In this document: piece by piece, positions 62,839 through 64,000 of the stretch | Layout of the letters: each line of letters begins with the position of its first letter | How positions within the stretch are numbered: position 1 is the stretch's first letter | Origin: Candidatus Saccharimonadota bacterium | Lineage (GTDB): Bacteria; Patescibacteriota; Saccharimonadia; Saccharimonadales; DTSZ01 | DNA: 64,000 bases | NCBI GenBank assembly: GCA_012965045.1 | Contig: DTSZ01000001.1 | Location: 92,937 to 156,936, forward strand | Reading direction: 5' to 3' | Made by a program: the position numbers and the translations under genes | Notes under the pieces: generated by a model | Seen by the model: only the letters and a program-made list of their open reading frames with translations | The model's database searches: none | What the model was told of the DNA's origin: nothing

Positions 62839-63909
62839 CTAAAGACTTGTCGCTAATCGAGTTAACTGGTCTTTATCAAGAAGAGATTCGCCGTCAATAA
62901 CAAATAGCATGCCCCTGTTCACCCAGGCGGCTTCGGACCCGTTGTAGTTGTATATGGTTAAGCCATCTTCTTCGATTACTTCGTAGCGAGCTGATTCGCG
63001 CGATACATAGTTTTCAAGTAATGATCGAGAGTCCCAATCACTTTCGCGCTGGATGAGTGAAAACTTACGTTGGTCGGCATTGGCTTTGTAGTTAATGGTG
63101 ACTTCGCCGTCGGTGTATTCAATTGGGCCATTCAAAGCAAAGCCACTCGGTTGATAGCCGGGCATGGTTGCTTCAATTCCAGCACGAGAAGCCGCAACTC
63201 TAAACGCTAAGTTAGGAGCGTTTAGATAGGCTGCATAACCCAACAGCACCATGAAACTGAGTGCAGCGGCAGACAAGCTAACAATGCGGCGACTAGAGAA
63301 AATTCCCCCAAGTCGTTGCGATGGTTTGGCAGTTGGCTTTGGCAGTTGCGATGATTGCTGATTTAGGTGGTATTCGGCAATCTGTTTATTGATAGTACGG
63401 GGTTTAGCTGGTGGTCCTGCCTGAGGAATAACATATTCAACCACATTAACGGCTGCATGCTTTGCTTTTTGCGACGGGTGCTGGCGGTATTGCTTAAACG
63501 AATGATCACTCAACACACCAAAACGAGTAACGTGATGAGACTGACGGTGGTAGGCAGCACGTTGTAAGCGAGCTTCTGTTAGGGCTGCACTTTGTGGCAA
63601 CTTATGGTCTTTGTGGTTGGCAGTCGGTTTTTTGTGAGTTTTGACGAATACGACGTTTTGCGCTGGTTTGCGTCGCTTTACAGCAGTTGATTGTTTTTGG
63701 TGGAGTGCGTGGGCTTTTTTAGGTACTCGGCGTGTAATGGGTTTAACAGGGGCAGCTTGAGTAGGAGTTGTGGCTTGGTTGTGTCGTGGAAGTGGAGCGG
63801 GTGAAGCTTTTGGTGCCCCCGGGGCAAAGCTAAGTCCGTCCAACGACCGACGAGGTTGACCTGCAACCTTCCTGCCATTTATAACCATTGTGTGTTTGTT
63901 GTTTGCCAT
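62839..63909 (-). CDS. hypothetical single-pass membrane protein (basic disordered N-terminus, extracytoplasmic C-terminal domain)
   Basis: 356 aa. The K/R/H/Q-rich N-terminal half is followed by the TM IVSLSAAALSFMVLLGYAAYL and a folded C-terminal domain of about 130 aa. Confidence 0.4.
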   Translation of the reverse strand: MANNKHTMVINGRKVAGQPRRSLDGLSFAPGAPKASPAPLPRHNQATTPTQAAPVKPITRRVPKKAHALHQKQSTAVKRRKPAQNVVFVKTHKKPTANHKDHKLPQSAALTEARLQRAAYHRQSHHVTRFGVLSDHSFKQYRQHPSQKAKHAAVNVVEYVIPQAGPPAKPRTINKQIAEYHLNQQSSQLPKPTAKPSQRLGGIFSSRRIVSLSAAALSFMVLLGYAAYLNAPNLAFRVAASRAGIEATMPGYQPSGFALNGPIEYTDGEVTINYKANADQRKFSLIQRESDWDSRSLLENYVSRESARYEVIEEDGLTIYNYNGSEAAWVNRGMLFVIDGESLLDKDQLTRLATSL

Positions 63910-64000
63910 GTACTTGGTTAATTATACCCTTTTCCAAGCGCTTACGCTTTGGCTCTATAATACGGAATTTCACCTCTATTGGCAAGGTGCTGTATGAGGT

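Noticed and set aside
1-64000. Alternative genetic code (UGA recoded, as in some CPR lineages).
   Set aside because: TGA terminates conserved proteins at the expected C-termini, for example the mraY GTGA overlap with ftsW, the hydrolase/pth ATGA overlap and the helicase/DUF45 ATATGA overlap. No conserved gene is broken by in-frame TGA.
1-64000. CRISPR arrays, rRNA genes, IS elements, integrases and prophage structural genes.
   Set aside because: I saw no regularly spaced direct repeats of 25-40 nt, no rRNA-like sequence, and no transposase, integrase, capsid or terminase-like motifs in any ORF. Their absence is noteworthy for the two island-like regions, but nothing can be annotated.

Overview
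The window looks like a contig from a small-genome, Gram-positive-like bacterium of roughly 40-45% GC. The gene content suggests Patescibacteria/CPR, possibly Saccharibacteria, but that placement is inference only. Standard code 11 fits: TGA works as a stop, and ATGA/GTGA start-stop overlaps occur at conserved gene ends. Most of the window is densely packed housekeeping genes. These include glyQS-rnhA, rmuC, msrA, three two-component systems, a truncated dcw cluster (mraZ-rsmH-ftsL-ftsI-mraY-ftsW-murG-ftsQ), topA, dprA, pth, der, rarA and gltX. I recognised no rRNA, CRISPR array, transposase or integrase. Four accessory patches stand out. (1) A 7.6-kb insertion (about 49.3-56.9 kb) is bracketed by a diverged duplicate of the rarA 5' end. 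It carries a CopB-type P1B ATPase, an ArsR regulator with a Cys-rich tail, a CxxC membrane protein, an ApbE flavin transferase, a possible FMN-bind-like protein, a NOX/FRE-type haem-flavin transmembrane reductase, and a BNR propeller. (2) A tRNA-Glu(CUC) locus (42.3-47.3 kb) has a high-GC foreign ORF upstream. Downstream it has repeated echoes of the tRNA 3' end, modular repeats, paralogous membrane proteins and a KAP-family NTPase. (3) An operon downstream of topA (26.4-30.6 kb, minus strand) encodes a VirD4/TraD-like ATPase, a Cys-containing unknown protein, and a sigma-region-4/HARE-HTH protein. (4) A DUF2779 nuclease, a UvrD-nuclease fusion and a DUF45 metallopeptidase form a cluster at 8.7-14.0 kb. 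Smaller signals are a four-box MraZ operator, an RNase HI gene whose catalytic N-terminus lies upstream of any canonical start codon, and a response regulator with an approximately 390-aa Pro/Ala-rich tail. There is also a recurring 19-21 nt purine-rich intergenic motif and two structured non-coding gaps whose RNA identity I could not assign by eye.
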